63,926 nt of DNA, filler included, from Phoronis australis (GCA_002633005.1; 5 parts of 5 records of this genome joined end to end with filler, not necessarily neighbours in it), one strand, 5' to 3'; shown: positions 26,449-39,739, counted from the first letter of the whole stretch. Notes: a model not told the origin generated them from the letters alone. A program made the numbers and translations.

Positions 26449-29200
26449 TCAAACTGTTTGCATACAAGGAATCTGATCATAAATGTGCTGCTGGCACGAG
26501 CATAATGATATACATCGAAAACCAGATTTCTTGCATCTACATTGTCTATCGTTGCGTTGTTTCTGGCATCCACACAATAACATCTCTAGGCAGCTGTCTG
26601 GGATTTTACTCTGTGTCATCAGCATGGGCTGCAAGCATAAGTTTGTGTGTGTCCCTCCCATATCACAGGGTGCTGGGAGCTCAGGTATGGAACAATGATC
26701 ATTTTGCCACATATTGACCTGATAGTGAACTCTCATCAGATGGAAACGGCGGGCATTATGCGTTGGGGGAAGGACTTCTGTGTTCACGGGCTTGGAGAAT
26801 AGTAAATGGCGTGCTACATCTACAGGTCTGTTCTGGTCGTGTTGTATATTCTGCAGACAAATACTTCTGAAGCCATCGTAATTTTCTCAGTAAGTTCACC
26901 AATGCAGAGGTTTTTAAGCAATCTGTGATGCTAAGGAACACCTTCCATGATGATTGTTTCGTGTGATTGGCAAAGTACGATTTGGTGCCAAACCCGGTCA
27001 CGTCATGAAAAGCAAACAAGGATGTTGCTGAGTCTCGTAGTAGTTTGTTGAAAACTGCTTCAATAAGTATATATGCCATCAGTCAGATATGCTCACATTG
27101 CATTTGTTGGAAGTGCGATACCAGAAGCAGTAGAACATCGGGTGACCCTGGAAAACACGACTGACTGTGGACAGCATGCAGTACCAATCTTGCATCTGCT
27201 TCTTCATGTGTGGATTTCAAAGTCCTCAAATCAGTCATATCCTTAGATGATTTAATTGACTTCCAGCTCAGCTTTGAACCCTCCTGCAACCATAACCTCT
27301 TTATCTTCAGGTGTCTACAAACACAGTTCCTCTGACAAGAAATGGGCTAGGTCTGCTTTATTCTCAGCCAGTGTTCAAACATTTGACCCGTTTTGAGGAA
27401 GAGGTATATCATGGCCTTCCAAAAATCACCTGATTTGCCGTGTTCCTTTACGGCGTTGTTTTCTTGTTGTGTCCTTCATTGTTTCTTGTCTGTATCTGTC
27501 AAATACAATATCAATTTTATGAAATCAAAATCCTGTGTTTAGCACTGTTTTCATGAATGAATCAGCCAGATTTTCGAAGGTCACGTCATCATCAGGCTTC
27601 CCAAGAGTTACCAGCAATGCTTTGCTATCAATAATGAGACAAGCGGACGTGTCATGAAGCTGAATTGTTTCAGGACAGTCGATGTGATAGCCATTAATAC
27701 TTCGACAAGTGAAGATTTATATACAGTGCGCAATTTGCCACTCGTTTCTGCAAGACCACATAGACTGGAAGAAGCTCGCGTTTGAGCATAGACGGCAAAC
27801 CAATTGGCCGACCCGCCTCATAAGCCGTAGCTAGTCAGCGAAGTACATCCCTGTCTGCCTTAAGAACTATTTTCTTATATTTACGTTTGGTTTGTGTCAC
27901 CACATCATATAAGTTGGCAAATGTTGGGGCATTATTTTTGCGCATAGGTGCATGAATTGACATGTCTGAATTATTGCATTGCTCAATGATAATCTATCTT
28001 AAACAAATTTATTAATTTGTTCGTGTCCAAGTTCCTTGGCATGCAAAAGTGACTCTTGGATTGGTGCTGTTGCTAGGTCTTTTGTTGCAAGGGTTTGTAG
28101 ACTTTCAATCCATGGAAAGTGTAAAGAAGGGAACTCTCAGCATTAGTTTCGCACAGTTTCCTGGCTTTCGTGGCTTCGTTGTGAAACTATGTACTCCCAC
28201 AGCGGTAAGTTTGTTCAGCTATATGTTATCTCAGATGCAACGAGAGTGTCCACCTCCATAGAGCTGACGTGGTTTTGGTATTACCGATGATGCCACCTCC
28301 GTTTTGCCTGCCCCTTTTACCCATTGGTCAGAACCTACCTGACAGAGCATATGAGGAGATCGCTTGACTACAAAATTTCCTGCTTGAAACTCTGACCAAA
28401 CAGACTGTGGAAGGTGATGCATCTCGACTAAAAAGACCGCACCCTGCTCGGGCATAATTCGGTGGGGCCGCATGAGAGTAAATGAATAGAGATGCAGTTC
28501 CCAAATGCCATTCCGTTGAGAGCATGTGTACTTTAACAATATTGGAACCATGTCCAAGTAACTCCACCACAAGCTGAAATTCACATCATCAGACCTACTG
28601 TTGACAAAATGCCCAGGAGTTTCCTGAACTTATCCTGACAGAAATGTTATAAATTCTGGAATGTTCTGGAGATCATCATCTGCAGACATAATGGGAAGAC
28701 AAGCATGACAGTCGCTTCTGCAATGAACGAGAGAAGGCTTGGCAATAGGAGATGCCACAGAGCTTGCAAAGACAGTTTGTGTGCCCTCATAATGTAGCTT
28801 TGCTGTACGACTTTCCACTGAAACTGACTTAAGTTTAAGATTTGTCTTAACTTCCAAACTTTGAAACTTCCATATTCGGTGAGTTAGTCAAAATTAAGAC
28901 AAAATTTTATGTCAAACACTTAAGTCAAACTTAAGATCATTTTATTGAATTGGTTTTGAGACAAATCTAATTTTTATTTTGAAATTTCCTAAAATTTAAG
29001 ATTTGTCTTAGCTAAGTCAGTTTTGTGGGAACGGGCCCCAGTTCCATAGGTCATGACTAAGTACTGCACTCTCTATACACACCTCAGCTATTCCGGAATC
29101 ACTCATGTGAAGTTCTGTGGCCTTGATGAAGTTCACTGATACATGAAGAACCACTAAACGAGGTACTGTATTAACATATTTTGGTATTCTGGGACCGACC
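26449..29200 (-). pseudogene. Academ transposase remnant (XPG/PIN-like region plus Cys-rich C-terminus)
   Basis: Frameshifted pieces STHEEADARLVLHA, AFHDVTGFGTKSYF, LPPTHNARRFHLMRVHYQ, CGCQKQ...CRCKKSGFRCISLCSC. Confidence 0.8.
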
Positions 29201-30051
29201 AAGTAATCTCCATTAATCTGCAGCAGAGTGCTTGGTCGACTTTGAGGACGGTAAGTTCCTGTCCAAAATGGGGCGATATGGCCATGCATCTCTTTACAAC
29301 AATATCTAAAAGTCATGTTGTTAATGTTTACAGTACTTTTATGTCTTATCTAAATAGTGAGATGTTCGCAAAAAAACATTGATAATTATGATTTCTAATT
29401 TAATTTTCAGGCTTTATTAATGAGCATAAATTGTAACTTAGTGAAGATGAAATAAAAAGCTTCACATGTGTCATAATGATTTTTCTAGACCTTCAAAACA
29501 TAGGTATAGACACTTTATTTGTCATGTTTGCCTGCAAATTGATAAAGTTACACCAATATTTGAATTTTTCGGTAATAGCGGAAGCTAATTAGCATACTTG
29601 GGNTAAACGAGGTACTGTATTAACATATTTTGGTATTCTGGGACCGACCAAGTAATCTCCATTAATCTGCAGCAGAGTGCTTGGTCGACTTTGAGGACGG
29701 TATGTTCCTGTCCAAAATGGGGCGATATGGCCATGCATCTCTCCACAACAATATCTAAAAGTCATGTTGTTAATGTTTACAGTACTTTTATGTCTTATCT
29801 AAATAGTGAGATGTTCGCAAAAAAGCATTGATAATTATGATTTCTAATTTAATTTTCGGGCTTTATTAATGAGCATAAATTGTAACTTAGTGAAGATGAA
29901 ATAAAAAGCTTCACATGTGTTATAATGATTTTTCTAGACCTTCAAAACATAGGTATAGACACTTTATTTGTCATGTTTGCCTGCAAATTGATAAAGTTAC
30001 ACCAATATTTGAATTTTTCGGTAATGGCGGAAGCTAATTAGCATACTTGGG
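29155..30051. repeat. 448-bp direct duplication separated by a single N (probable assembly overlap)
   Basis: 29155-29602 is nearly identical to 29604-30051 with a few substitutions; N at 29603. Confidence 0.85.
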
Positions 30052-33000
30052 GAATTTAATGACATTCATTAATATGTTCTTAAAATTAAGTGATCTAAAC
30101 ACACTTATACTATGTTTTTGTAGCAAAAACTTCCTAATTATTCGTCACATATTGTACTCCTGGTCCCACGAATGCTTCTTATCGTCTTGTTGGTTTGGCG
30201 GCCATTTTGTTTATGCAAATTAGATGGTCAAAAACTCAAATTCCAGCTTGGAAACAGGCTTAATCGAAATCAGCACACCCTAATTAGGCTAAAAAGATAC
30301 GTTCTCCACTTTTGCTAAAAAATGCCTCTAACATGCACATTTTTCAGACATGCGTCTAGACTATCAGCTGTAAACCTCCTGAAAGTTACATGTTTTGACC
30401 GCTTGGGTGTTCTTTGAGCCTTGAACACTTGTCTGATATGGGCTTATGGAGTGAAAATCTACTTGCTAGGCATTTAGGCCTCTGTCTTTGTTCATATACG
30501 CTTTTTCACATCTGGTTTTAGAACAAAGACTCAAAAACTGTAAAATTTACCAAAGAAGAAAAGACATCGTATAGATAACAAGAGAGAATTTAATTTGATA
30601 AAAGAGTTCCTGAAGTGATCTCAGAACCCAGCTAATATTTTAAAACATGATCAATTTGTATCATAACACTTGAAATTTTTGTTTAATTCCGAAGAGTTCT
30701 CACTTAGATACAAATTTTGAAATTTAAAGAAAGGTATACGTTTTTCCAAGGTCAAGCAGGTACTGAAGCACTGACTTAGCCTCCACCGGCAGTGAACCAA
30801 AGAAAGGCTGTCTTACATGAAGGACGATAAAGATATTTTCTTTTCATTATTGGTAACGTTATGGAGTCGCCTACATTTGCAGTTACAGTTCCCCACCTGC
30901 GAGAAAACAATGTGGTGTTCATGTCGTTGTAATTATAGATTTTTTAGTGTTTGCTGTATTTTAGTTATATTCTGGTTTTCTTAATTTTTTTATGTTTGGG
31001 TCGTGATGACGCACAATTATTCCAATTGATAGATCTTGCCATCTATCAAATGTATTATCATTCTCAAGGACTAGAACTTCTGTTTCATTTCTTGGTGGTT
31101 CTTTTGTGGTGACAATGGCATTCTTTCTAATCTCGTCTAACCCTTGCACTAAAATACTAACATAAGTCTTAACATACCAAGAAAGTCAGCACGAATGAAT
31201 CCAAATGACATTCAATTTCTCAAAGTGCATGATGAATGGTGTTATTTGATATGCATTGCAGATGCCACAACGCGTTGGAGCCGAGCAGTGGTTCCCATGA
31301 CTCATTTCTGCCGGGCTAGGGACAAAAATTATTCATTTAGCATCCCAGTAGCAAATTGAAGTCAGGTAATTTGAAGATTGTTTGTAAATTATATTAATAC
31401 ATTTTTTTGTCTATTTACACGCTATACCCATTCCCCAACGTTACGCTGCAACCATTGGATAACCAAAACGGAAGATGAAGTCTTTAGGAAAATGTTGAAA
31501 GAAAAGTAACGTTACATGCGTTTCATACTGCACTAGTATAAATAGGTTACAGCTCGCCACTCTGAAGGCTCTCAAGTCATAACACACATAATACATGAAA
31601 GAAAAAATACGCAGTCATGCCGAAGGTTGAAAAATCCATCATGGAGGATAACTAGTTTGCTGGAATCTAGTAAGAAGATCTATGAGATCAGAAAATAGTG
31701 ATTCAAAGTCAACAACAGTGGTGCAACAAAAGCATAGTGGGTGTTGAGCCATAAATTTGAAATATAAAATGATACAGTTTAGTGCAAATATTGAGCTTTG
31801 CTAGGATTTTTCCAGAGGCACCGGTTCTTCCGGGAACTGGTTTAAAGCAGGCACCTTCTTGAGTACTCTCTAAAGCTTTCCTCGAAGTCATTGTTTAGGA
31901 CCTCGTGTCATGAATGTTCAACATTTTAACTTTCGATGTAATGGACATTAGGACTTGCGTGTACCTTAGGAGATACGGACAAGGACAGTGTACCATGGGC
32001 GCCGCAGTACTACTTACATGATTGATATCAAATCCAAAAGCTATGGTGCTGATCAGATGTAAGGCTCCTGAATGTTGCATGTTTCGACTGCTTGGGTGTT
32101 CTTTGAGCCTTCAAAATTTCACCAAACACTTGTTTATTTGAAAAAATGACGTGAAAATCTACTCGCCAGGCATTCAGGTATCTGTCTTTGTTCATATACG
32201 AAAATGGTCAAGATAAACTAATGTTGCTTGTGTTTCATACTGTAATAGTATTAAAAGGGTACAGCTCGAAGCTCTGAAGGTTCTCAAATCAAGGCACAAA
32301 TAATATAACAATGAAATGTTTTAAAAATTGACCTGTCATGTCGAACGTTCACAAATCCGTCATAGACTGGAACTAGTTAGTTCGAAGATGTGTGAGACCA
32401 GAAACCATTGATCAATGTCAGCAACAGCGGAGCAACAAAATTGTAGTGCAGTTAAGACAAAACTTAAAATATGATTTAAAGCGACAGCTCACGGCACATA
32501 GCTGAACTTTGCTTGGACTCTATCTAGAAGAACCGGTTCTTCCAGGAACTGGTTTCAAGCAAACACCTGCTCAAAACTCTCAATTTTTATAATACCACTG
32601 TTCAGAACTTCGTGTCATGAATGTTCAACATTTTAACTTTCGAACTAAGAGACTTTAGGACTTGTATGAATTTTTGGACCCATGAATATGGTGATTTCGC
32701 AACTTCTGCGCACACTAGTTCTCAATTGTAGTTTTCAATACAGATCATATGGGTTATTCGCCTCCAACGTGTTGACTTCATTTGAAGCTTATTATAGGTT
32801 TTCAGGTACTTGGCCTTTCGTCGAACTAATGGATTTTGGCTGAAAGGAATAGCGTTGACATGCCGGATCTGACTTTGAGAACAGTGGCAGTGTACCAAGG
32901 GCACTGCAGTACCACATACACGAATACAAACAAATCCAAAAGGTATGGTGCTGACCAGCTGTAAACCTCCTGGAAATTACACGATTCCACTACTTGTTTG

Positions 33001-33132
33001 TACTTTGAGCCTTCAAAACTTCACCGAACACTTGTTTGATTTGGGAAAAATGATGTGAAAATCTACCAGCCAATTATTCAGGCATCTGTCTTGATTCAGG
33101 TACAATGTTTCATACTTGGTTTCAGCACAAAG

Positions 33133-33918
33133 TCTGTATCTCCTAAAAGCACTACAGGATCTTTATTAAATGCAGCAAATGTGTTTGTAAGAGGTTGAAA
33201 ACGAGCGACGACGAGTTGCGGATGGACCCGAATATCGCTGTGCCCCATAGTGGCAATTTTAGTTTTTTACGTCTGCCTCTGGATCTTCAAAGGTCCTCAA
33301 CCAATTTTCATGAATTTTGGCACATAGCCATCTATTAGTCAGACGACACTATCCTCCCATTTTCGGATGGATTTGTCGTAGTTTGCGCCACTTAGTTTTC
33401 GAGTCTGTTTTTGGCGTCTATCTCTCTACCAACCAAACCGCTCCAGGGATGATTGTGACGATGTTCATGTATGTTGTTACTACGATGAGGACAGCTGACG
33501 ATGATTTTCCGGCGACTTCAACTACCCTGGCGCCTCCTATTGGCAGTTTTGTTTCTTGCGCCCATGGCTATATCTCCTAAACCGTTTGCGGGATCTTTAC
33601 TAAATTTAGTAAGTGTATTTATATGGTGTTGACAACGAATGACCACAACATTCGGTCGGAACTGACAACCAGTGTGCCCCCTAGTGGTAATTTTTGTTTT
33701 TTAGGTTTAGCTCTGTATCTTCAAAGGTCCTTAACGGGTTTTCAGAAAATTTGGAAAATGGGCAGCTATTGGTGAGATGATTCTATTAAAGGACCAATGA
33801 CATGTTCCGTTTTCGGATGGATTGTACGTTTTTCTCAAAATACAAGTAAACAACCGTAAAAGCTCACCATTTACGATGCATTCGTGGGCGCATTTCAACG
33901 CTCCGTGTTGCTCTTGTT
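33133..33918 (+). mobile_element. HINE-like element, 5' truncated
   Basis: Internal homology to 9650-10390; ends GTGGGCGCATTTCAACGCTCCGTGTTGCTCTTGTT like the 4314-4347 end. Confidence 0.75.
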
Positions 33919-36199
33919 AAGTATTTGGTGGATTTTGCTTGTAACCTGGGTTCTCCTAATGTATTTATGTTTGGGTTGTGATGACGTACCTTTATGTCGA
34001 TAAATCTATGAAATGTATTATCGTTCTCTAGGAATAGACATTTTGTTTCGTTTCTTTTTGGTTCTTTGGCATTGGTGCTAACGTTCTTTCTAATCCCGAC
34101 TAACACTTGGACTAACATATTAACACAAGTCCTAACATATCAAGAAAGAAAGCACGAATGAACCCAAATGACGTTCAAAACCTCAAAATTCATAGTGAAT
34201 GGTGTAATTTGATATCCTTTGCAGATGCCACAACCAGATGGAGCCGAGCAGTGGCCCCTGCTTCCGATTTCTGTCGAGCTAGGGACAAAAAATTTTCAAT
34301 TAACATCCGAGTAGCAAATTGAAACCACGTAATTTTGCTGATTGTTTGTAAATCATATTAATACACGTTTTTTGTCTATTTACACGCCATACCCATTTCC
34401 AAAAGTTACGATGCGACCCTTGGATAAACAAATCGGAAGAAGTCTTTAAGACGAAAATGATGAAGATAAACTAACGTTGCTTGCGTTTCTTAATGCACTG
34501 ATATGAATAGTGTACAAATGAAAGCTCTGAAGGCTCTTACGTCATAACACTCATAATATAACAAAAAAAAAACGTTTACAAAATTGATCCATCATGCCTA
34601 AGGTTCACAAATCCGTCGTAGAGGAGAGCTAGTTAGTTCGAATCTAGTTCGAGGAACTATGTGAGCAGACACCAGTCATTCAATGTCAACAACAGCGGAG
34701 CAATAGGATTGTAGTTTGGTGTTAAACCAAAAATTTTAAATATGAATAAAAGCGACATCTCTGCACATTGCTGAACTTTGCTTGGATTCTTTCCAGAGGC
34801 ACCGGTACTTCCAGGAACTGGTTTCAAACAGGCACCTGCTCAAAACCTGTTGATGATTTTGCTCAGAATCACTGTTTAGAATCTCGTGTCATGAAAGTTC
34901 CACATTATAACTTTCAAACTAATAGACTTTAGGACTTGTGTGTACCTTAGGGCATATGTACCCATGAATACTGTGATTACATACCTTCTTTCTCACTTTT
35001 AGTTTTCAATTCAAATCATATGGTAAGCTAATATTTTGGGGGTTTTATACTTTATTAGTATGAATAAGATACATCTCGACACTCTGAAGGTTTTCAAGAC
35101 CTAATACGACAACTGAAATTGTTTTAAAATTGCCCTATCGGGTTGAAGATTAACGAATCCGTCAAGGAGGGAAGCTAGTTAGTTTGGAACTAGTTCGTAG
35201 ATCTGTATGACCAGAAAGCAGTGATTCAAAGTCAATAACATCTGAGCTGTTAATTTTTAGTGGCGGTAAACCAAAATTTGAAAATGTAACATAAAGCGAC
35301 AATCTGGTGCATATTGCAAAGCTTTGTTTGGGTGTTTTCCAGAGGTACTGGCGTTTCAAACAGGCAGCACGTGCATATATTTCCTGGGATTTTTTGCTCA
35401 AAATCACTGTTTAGAACGCTGTGTCGTCAAAATTCTATCATTTTGCCGTCGAACTGTTGGTCTTTGGGGCTTTTTTGGACTTGTAAACTTTTGTACCCAT
35501 CAATAATATGATTTCATACCTTTCACCCACACTTTTTCTCACGTGTCAATTTCACCTGAATTCATTTTGGGTCTTCGCTTCCAGTGTGTTGACTTTGTTT
35601 TAACCCTATTGTAAGCACTTCGGATGACTTGTATACCATTTGACGGCGCGAGCCTTGTACCATTAACAAGAATAACACCAGAGCCAAAAGTCATGGTACC
35701 TTTCAGCTATGAACATCCTGGAAGTTACATGCTTTGATTACTTATGTGTTCTCTGAGCCATCAAATTTTTACCAAAAAGGTTTTTGTTTTGGAAAAACCA
35801 GGTAAAAATGTACTTACCAGTCATTCAGATATCCGACTTTATTCATATACACGGTTTCACACCTGGTTTGAGAGTACAGTTGTGGAATTGGGTGATTTAC
35901 TCAATCAGTTCGGGTGATGTGTGTTATATTTGTTCTCGGAGGTTAATAATTAATTTCATTTAATCTTGATTGCTTGATTTCAGTGACTGCCATTTGTCAA
36001 AACACTGGACTTTTATCGAGTTGTCTATCATTAACATGCGGGACCACGGCATTACAACCAGTTGCAGTGCACAAAATTTCCTGCAGTACCTCTAACACGA
36101 TTGACAATAGAGTCTAAAAGTCAAATGGCGTCATTTTAATAAGCAGAGGTGGGAATTTCGTCCTCAAATTTGATGGACCTGGGTTCCCGTGGCTATCCA

Positions 36200-36900
36200 C
36201 ATCGTTAATATTTAATACATCAAATCTTCAAATGGCGTAAGACCAGATGGTATACTATGAGGCAACCTTTTCAATGTGGACATGGATAGACTTGGCTCAC
36301 TTTTGATTGACTATATACATGGAACTGTCTGTGTAGTAGCTTCTGTGTACATCAATACTTTCATCTATGCCGATGATCTTGTTTTGTTCTCACCCCCTGT
36401 TGACAGTCTTTTTGAGCTTCTTGCAGTATGTGGTTTACCACAAGAACTTCAATCGCTATCAATGGATGGTACTGGTATGTGTTTTAAAAGTAAATTGTTA
36501 GGAAGCCCTGTATTACACAACTGCTTTTATTATGGTGAACCGTTAAAGGTCGTACAAGAGATTGAATATTTGGTGATATAATTATGAATGACTATGATAT
36601 CTCACGTTTACGAAGAAAACTATATGCTCACGCCTACTCTGTAACTAAAAAATTCCATATGTGAAGTCTCCTTGTAAAAATCAGTTGCTTATGTCTCTCT
36701 GCGGTCCAATACATAGCCCCCACCCCTTTATTGAATTTCAACATGTTTAATATCTCATAACTTTATGTGTTTCATAGGTTTTTTAAATTTGAAAGTATCA
36801 GTGATGTATGAACTTTTGATGCCGAAGTTTGTACATTGACTCTACGAAAATGTATATACCGATTTTGATGTCATCTGCGTGATATTTTAAGTTCTCTTCT
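36200..36900 (+). mobile_element. Degenerate non-LTR retrotransposon RT fragment
   Basis: SNGVRPDGIL...FNVDMD...INTFIYADDLVLFSP (GVRQG-like and YADD motifs). Confidence 0.75.
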
Positions 36901-37670
36901 ACAATCCATACATTTTGAAATAAGTCACAGTGTCTATGTAACTCATAGTCATGCAGTTAGTAACAGGGTTAAATACTTTAAAAATTTTTTAGTATTAGTT
37001 AACCGTTGTTAAATCTTTCAGTAAGTTTTATTTTAAGCATTACTTTTATCTAGTCGAATTTTTATGCTGCACTGTTACATATATTCAACATACTTCAGCA
37101 ATAAAGTTTATCATGTCACTTCATACCCAAATATTTCTATTGAGTATCAACGAAGCAGTGGCCCGGGTATATGTTGCAATGCAGCATACATGTGGTTGAC
37201 ATGAAGTTCTGGGTTCAAAACAACTTGATTGCCATGGAAATCTTCAAATGTGGCATGATTACTAAACAAAACTGAGACGAAAGATATTCCATTGAATGGC
37301 ATAAATAACCAATGGCACTTTGGGTATATATCAACAACATTCATCCAACAGGCATTTCATTATGCAATGTACTTAGAGCGATATGGTGCTGTTAAACCAA
37401 GAGAGCTAAAAGCAAAAACACTTACAAAAACTCTATTACCTCAAAGAGACTGGTTACGGGAAATGGTATTGACCAAGGAGTAGCCCAGGTACATGTTCCA
37501 AAGTAGCATGCATGTGGTTGTCTTCAAGTTCTGGGTAAAAAATGAGATAACAGCCGTGGAAATCCTCAAAGCAAGTATGATTCCTAAACAACAGTCAGGA
37601 GAAGGAAATTCAATGAAAAGCCATAACTAAGCAATAAACACGTTTTTGTACGGCAACGGCAACGGCAACG

Positions 37671-37770
37671 NNNNNNNNNNNNNNNNNNNNNNNNNNNNNN
37701 NNNNNNNNNNNNNNTTAATTAATTAANNNNNNNNNNNNNNNNNNNNNNNNNNNNNNNNNNNNNNNNNNNN
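37671..37770. other. Artificial contig linker
   Basis: N44-TTAATTAATTAA-N44. Confidence 0.95.
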
Positions 37771-37800
37771 TTTAAATAATATATTATATCTGGTTTCCAG

Positions 37801-37850
37801 GGTTGAGAGAAGCCTTTGGGACATAGCAGTTGAGGAGTCCAATGAAACAG
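37801..37850 (+). CDS. DYNC2LI1: Cytoplasmic dynein-2 light intermediate chain 1, exon
   Basis: CAG/GTAAA bounded; VERSLWDIAVEESNET resembles the N-terminal ETLWEIA motif. Confidence 0.8.
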
Positions 37851-38958
37851 GTAAAAGTAATATACAGGGTACAGAATAATGCCTACTCAGAGAGGAAATG
37901 GATCTGGTCTATTCTGGCTCATGATTGGTCAAAGAAATGATGTCAAGTTACTTAACAATGAAGACTGGCCCTCCTTACAAGGGTGCAGATTAGTTGTCCC
38001 CTCGTCACAATGTTTTCTTTTGCTTTTAATTACATGTTGATGTCTGCTGAGTAATGACGACATATTCATAATTTCAATGTCCGTTTATAGTGCGCCGATG
38101 TTAGTTCGTAGTAATTGTACACTGCTCATGTGACGTCTAACAGGCTAGTAAACTCATGCGACTTTCCAAATAATCAACACAGTACAGCCAGGAATTTGGC
38201 CAACTGCATGCTAGATGTTAGAACCAGGCCAAACACTCAGCATGTGTTTGGTAAGCTTGTACTTTCCATAAACCTACCTGAAAATGCTTATTAAATAAAC
38301 AATTTTGCTGTATATTATTCACACTCAACCTATCCAGCAGTTGGACAAAACCATGAACAATTGTGACATGTTGAAAATTTAAGGTGGTGGTCTATCCTAC
38401 CTCCCCCTCTCCCCTTTCAACAGGACCATAAAAATAAACAATAGCGCCATTTCAATGCAAAATTTAGTAGATGTAATCCCATCATTTTTTCCACTGAAAT
38501 TTTAATTTGAACAATTTTTGGATTGGGACACGATTTCTTCTCTATTCTGAATTCCAAATTTGCATGAACTAATGCCAGGAAATTTTATTTGTGTGTTTAA
38601 ACGGTCTGTTTACTCAATTAAGAGTAGTTTAGTGTCAATTCCTGCCAATAAGAGCGACAAAAATGTCGGTACTCCGGCAATCAGGAATCCTTGGGAACAT
38701 TCCGTTTGTGGAATTAATCCTGAACATTTTTTCCTGAAATATTTCCGGGATTTCAAAATATATGAGAATGCAGACAATACCAACATGATGTTTTAGGTAT
38801 CCCTCAGGTGCTTATCTTTCGATTGTGTTGCTGGGACCCCCATTGAAACATCCAAGATTTGCTATTGAATACATATGATTTGTTAAGGTCAGTAGGAATG
38901 TTTATATGTTTTGAGTGCCAAGCTTTATGTCACTTGAGTGAAATACTGCTTTTTTCAG

Positions 38959-39014
38959 AGCATCAACAACAGAGTGATGAAAGCTCAATTTTGTTTGTTG
39001 GCAGCAGAAGTTCT
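38959..39014 (+). CDS. DYNC2LI1: DYNC2LI1 exon
   Basis: (E)HQQQSDESSILFVGSRSS; TTTCAG/GTAAGT; first half of P-loop; phases fit. Confidence 0.85.
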
Positions 39015-39704
39015 GTAAGTCAGATAAAGATTACTTAATGTTAATAAATTATACAATGTGTATTTGAGTAGATTGTTGTTTTCAGTAATCAGAATTTGCT
39101 GAAAATGTAGATTATTGTAGTAAATGTTGTGAGAGTGTTGAAATTTAATCTTCAGTGGTAACATTCCATTTTTCAACTTTTATTTCATCACTCTCATACA
39201 GCCGAAAGAATCTTTTGTTTGCAAGGATACTACACTTGGGAATACAGCACATGGTGATCTATACTCCAAAGAATTATTTCAGCAATTTGAGATATTTTAA
39301 TGCATTTAATTTAATTTAAGTTTCAATTGAGAACGAATCCTGGATAATCCTTTGCGAGTCACTTGCTTGATCTCATTAAAAGGATGTTATTTTTATGACC
39401 AAAAAACACAATTTTGGCATTGTTGAATGGAATAGCTTTAGCCCGAGCTATAGGACAAAATTCATTGTTATTGTGATTTGATTACAAATCACCAATTCTT
39501 GCCACACTGATGCTGAAATCAAAGCAGGTGACTGCTTAAACTACCCTCCTGTATACTGTGTGGGGTTTACCTCAGGTAGCAGTGTTTGGCTGTGGCATAA
39601 GAGTTTTGGATAAGATTCTGTGCAGGGGCTAACTGCAGGAAAAATTAATCTCAATGGTAATGTCCCTTTATTGATTTTAAGTTATCTCCCCTCTATTATT
39701 TCAG

Positions 39705-39739
39705 GGGAAGACTTCTATCGTACTCAGGTTTCTTGATAG
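39705..39739 (+). CDS. DYNC2LI1: DYNC2LI1 exon (P-loop GKT)
   Basis: GKTSIVLRFLD(R) versus recalled GKTTIILRCLDR. Confidence 0.9.

Larger units (their letters stand above)
25708..30363 (-). mobile_element. Academ DNA transposon (degenerate)
   Basis: TAGTCTAGACGCAT terminal inverted repeats extending imperfectly for more than 180 bp; 3-bp TSD TCA; empty site GGTGCTGATCAGCTGTAAACC seen in sister units. Confidence 0.88.
14900..36000 (+). pseudogene. Tandem array of ~9 degenerate Toll-like receptor pseudogene units (approx. 14900-17330, 17756-18335, 18810-21390, 21550-24580, 24585-30520, 30670-32200, 32205-33130, 33920-35020, 35045-36000)
   Basis: Recurrent co-oriented blocks. Frameshift-tolerant reading gives, in order, LRRs (PTLAVTVLHLLENNVVF at 21770; LKDL/SHN...VF at 17894), LRRCT-like PTVQCRLLSFAWIL...CLEP (25200-25325), TM-like TCQFHLNSFWVFASSVLTLF (35540-35600), TIR box1-like YGV/FSCKHPD (16960) and box2-like GICL/VHVRFFTLG (21333). 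The repeat structure is certain; the TLR identity is inferred. Confidence 0.6.

Noticed and set aside
29155-30051. Biological tandem duplication or long terminal direct repeat within Academ
   Set aside because: Copies are separated by a single N and differ by few substitutions, typical of unmerged overlapping contig or haplotype ends
16807-32904. Recurrent minus-strand ORFs containing RRKAK(S/Y)LK
   Set aside because: Antisense shadow of the juxtamembrane/TIR-like region of the array units
19159-34118. Recurrent minus-strand ORF family MLVQVL...PRNETK...ENDNTFDRW (19159, 21841, 30961, 33864) as a novel secreted or glycosyltransferase gene
   Set aside because: Lies antisense to the LRR-like part of the repeat unit, stops differ between copies and no family motif was recognised; recurrence is explained by DNA duplication
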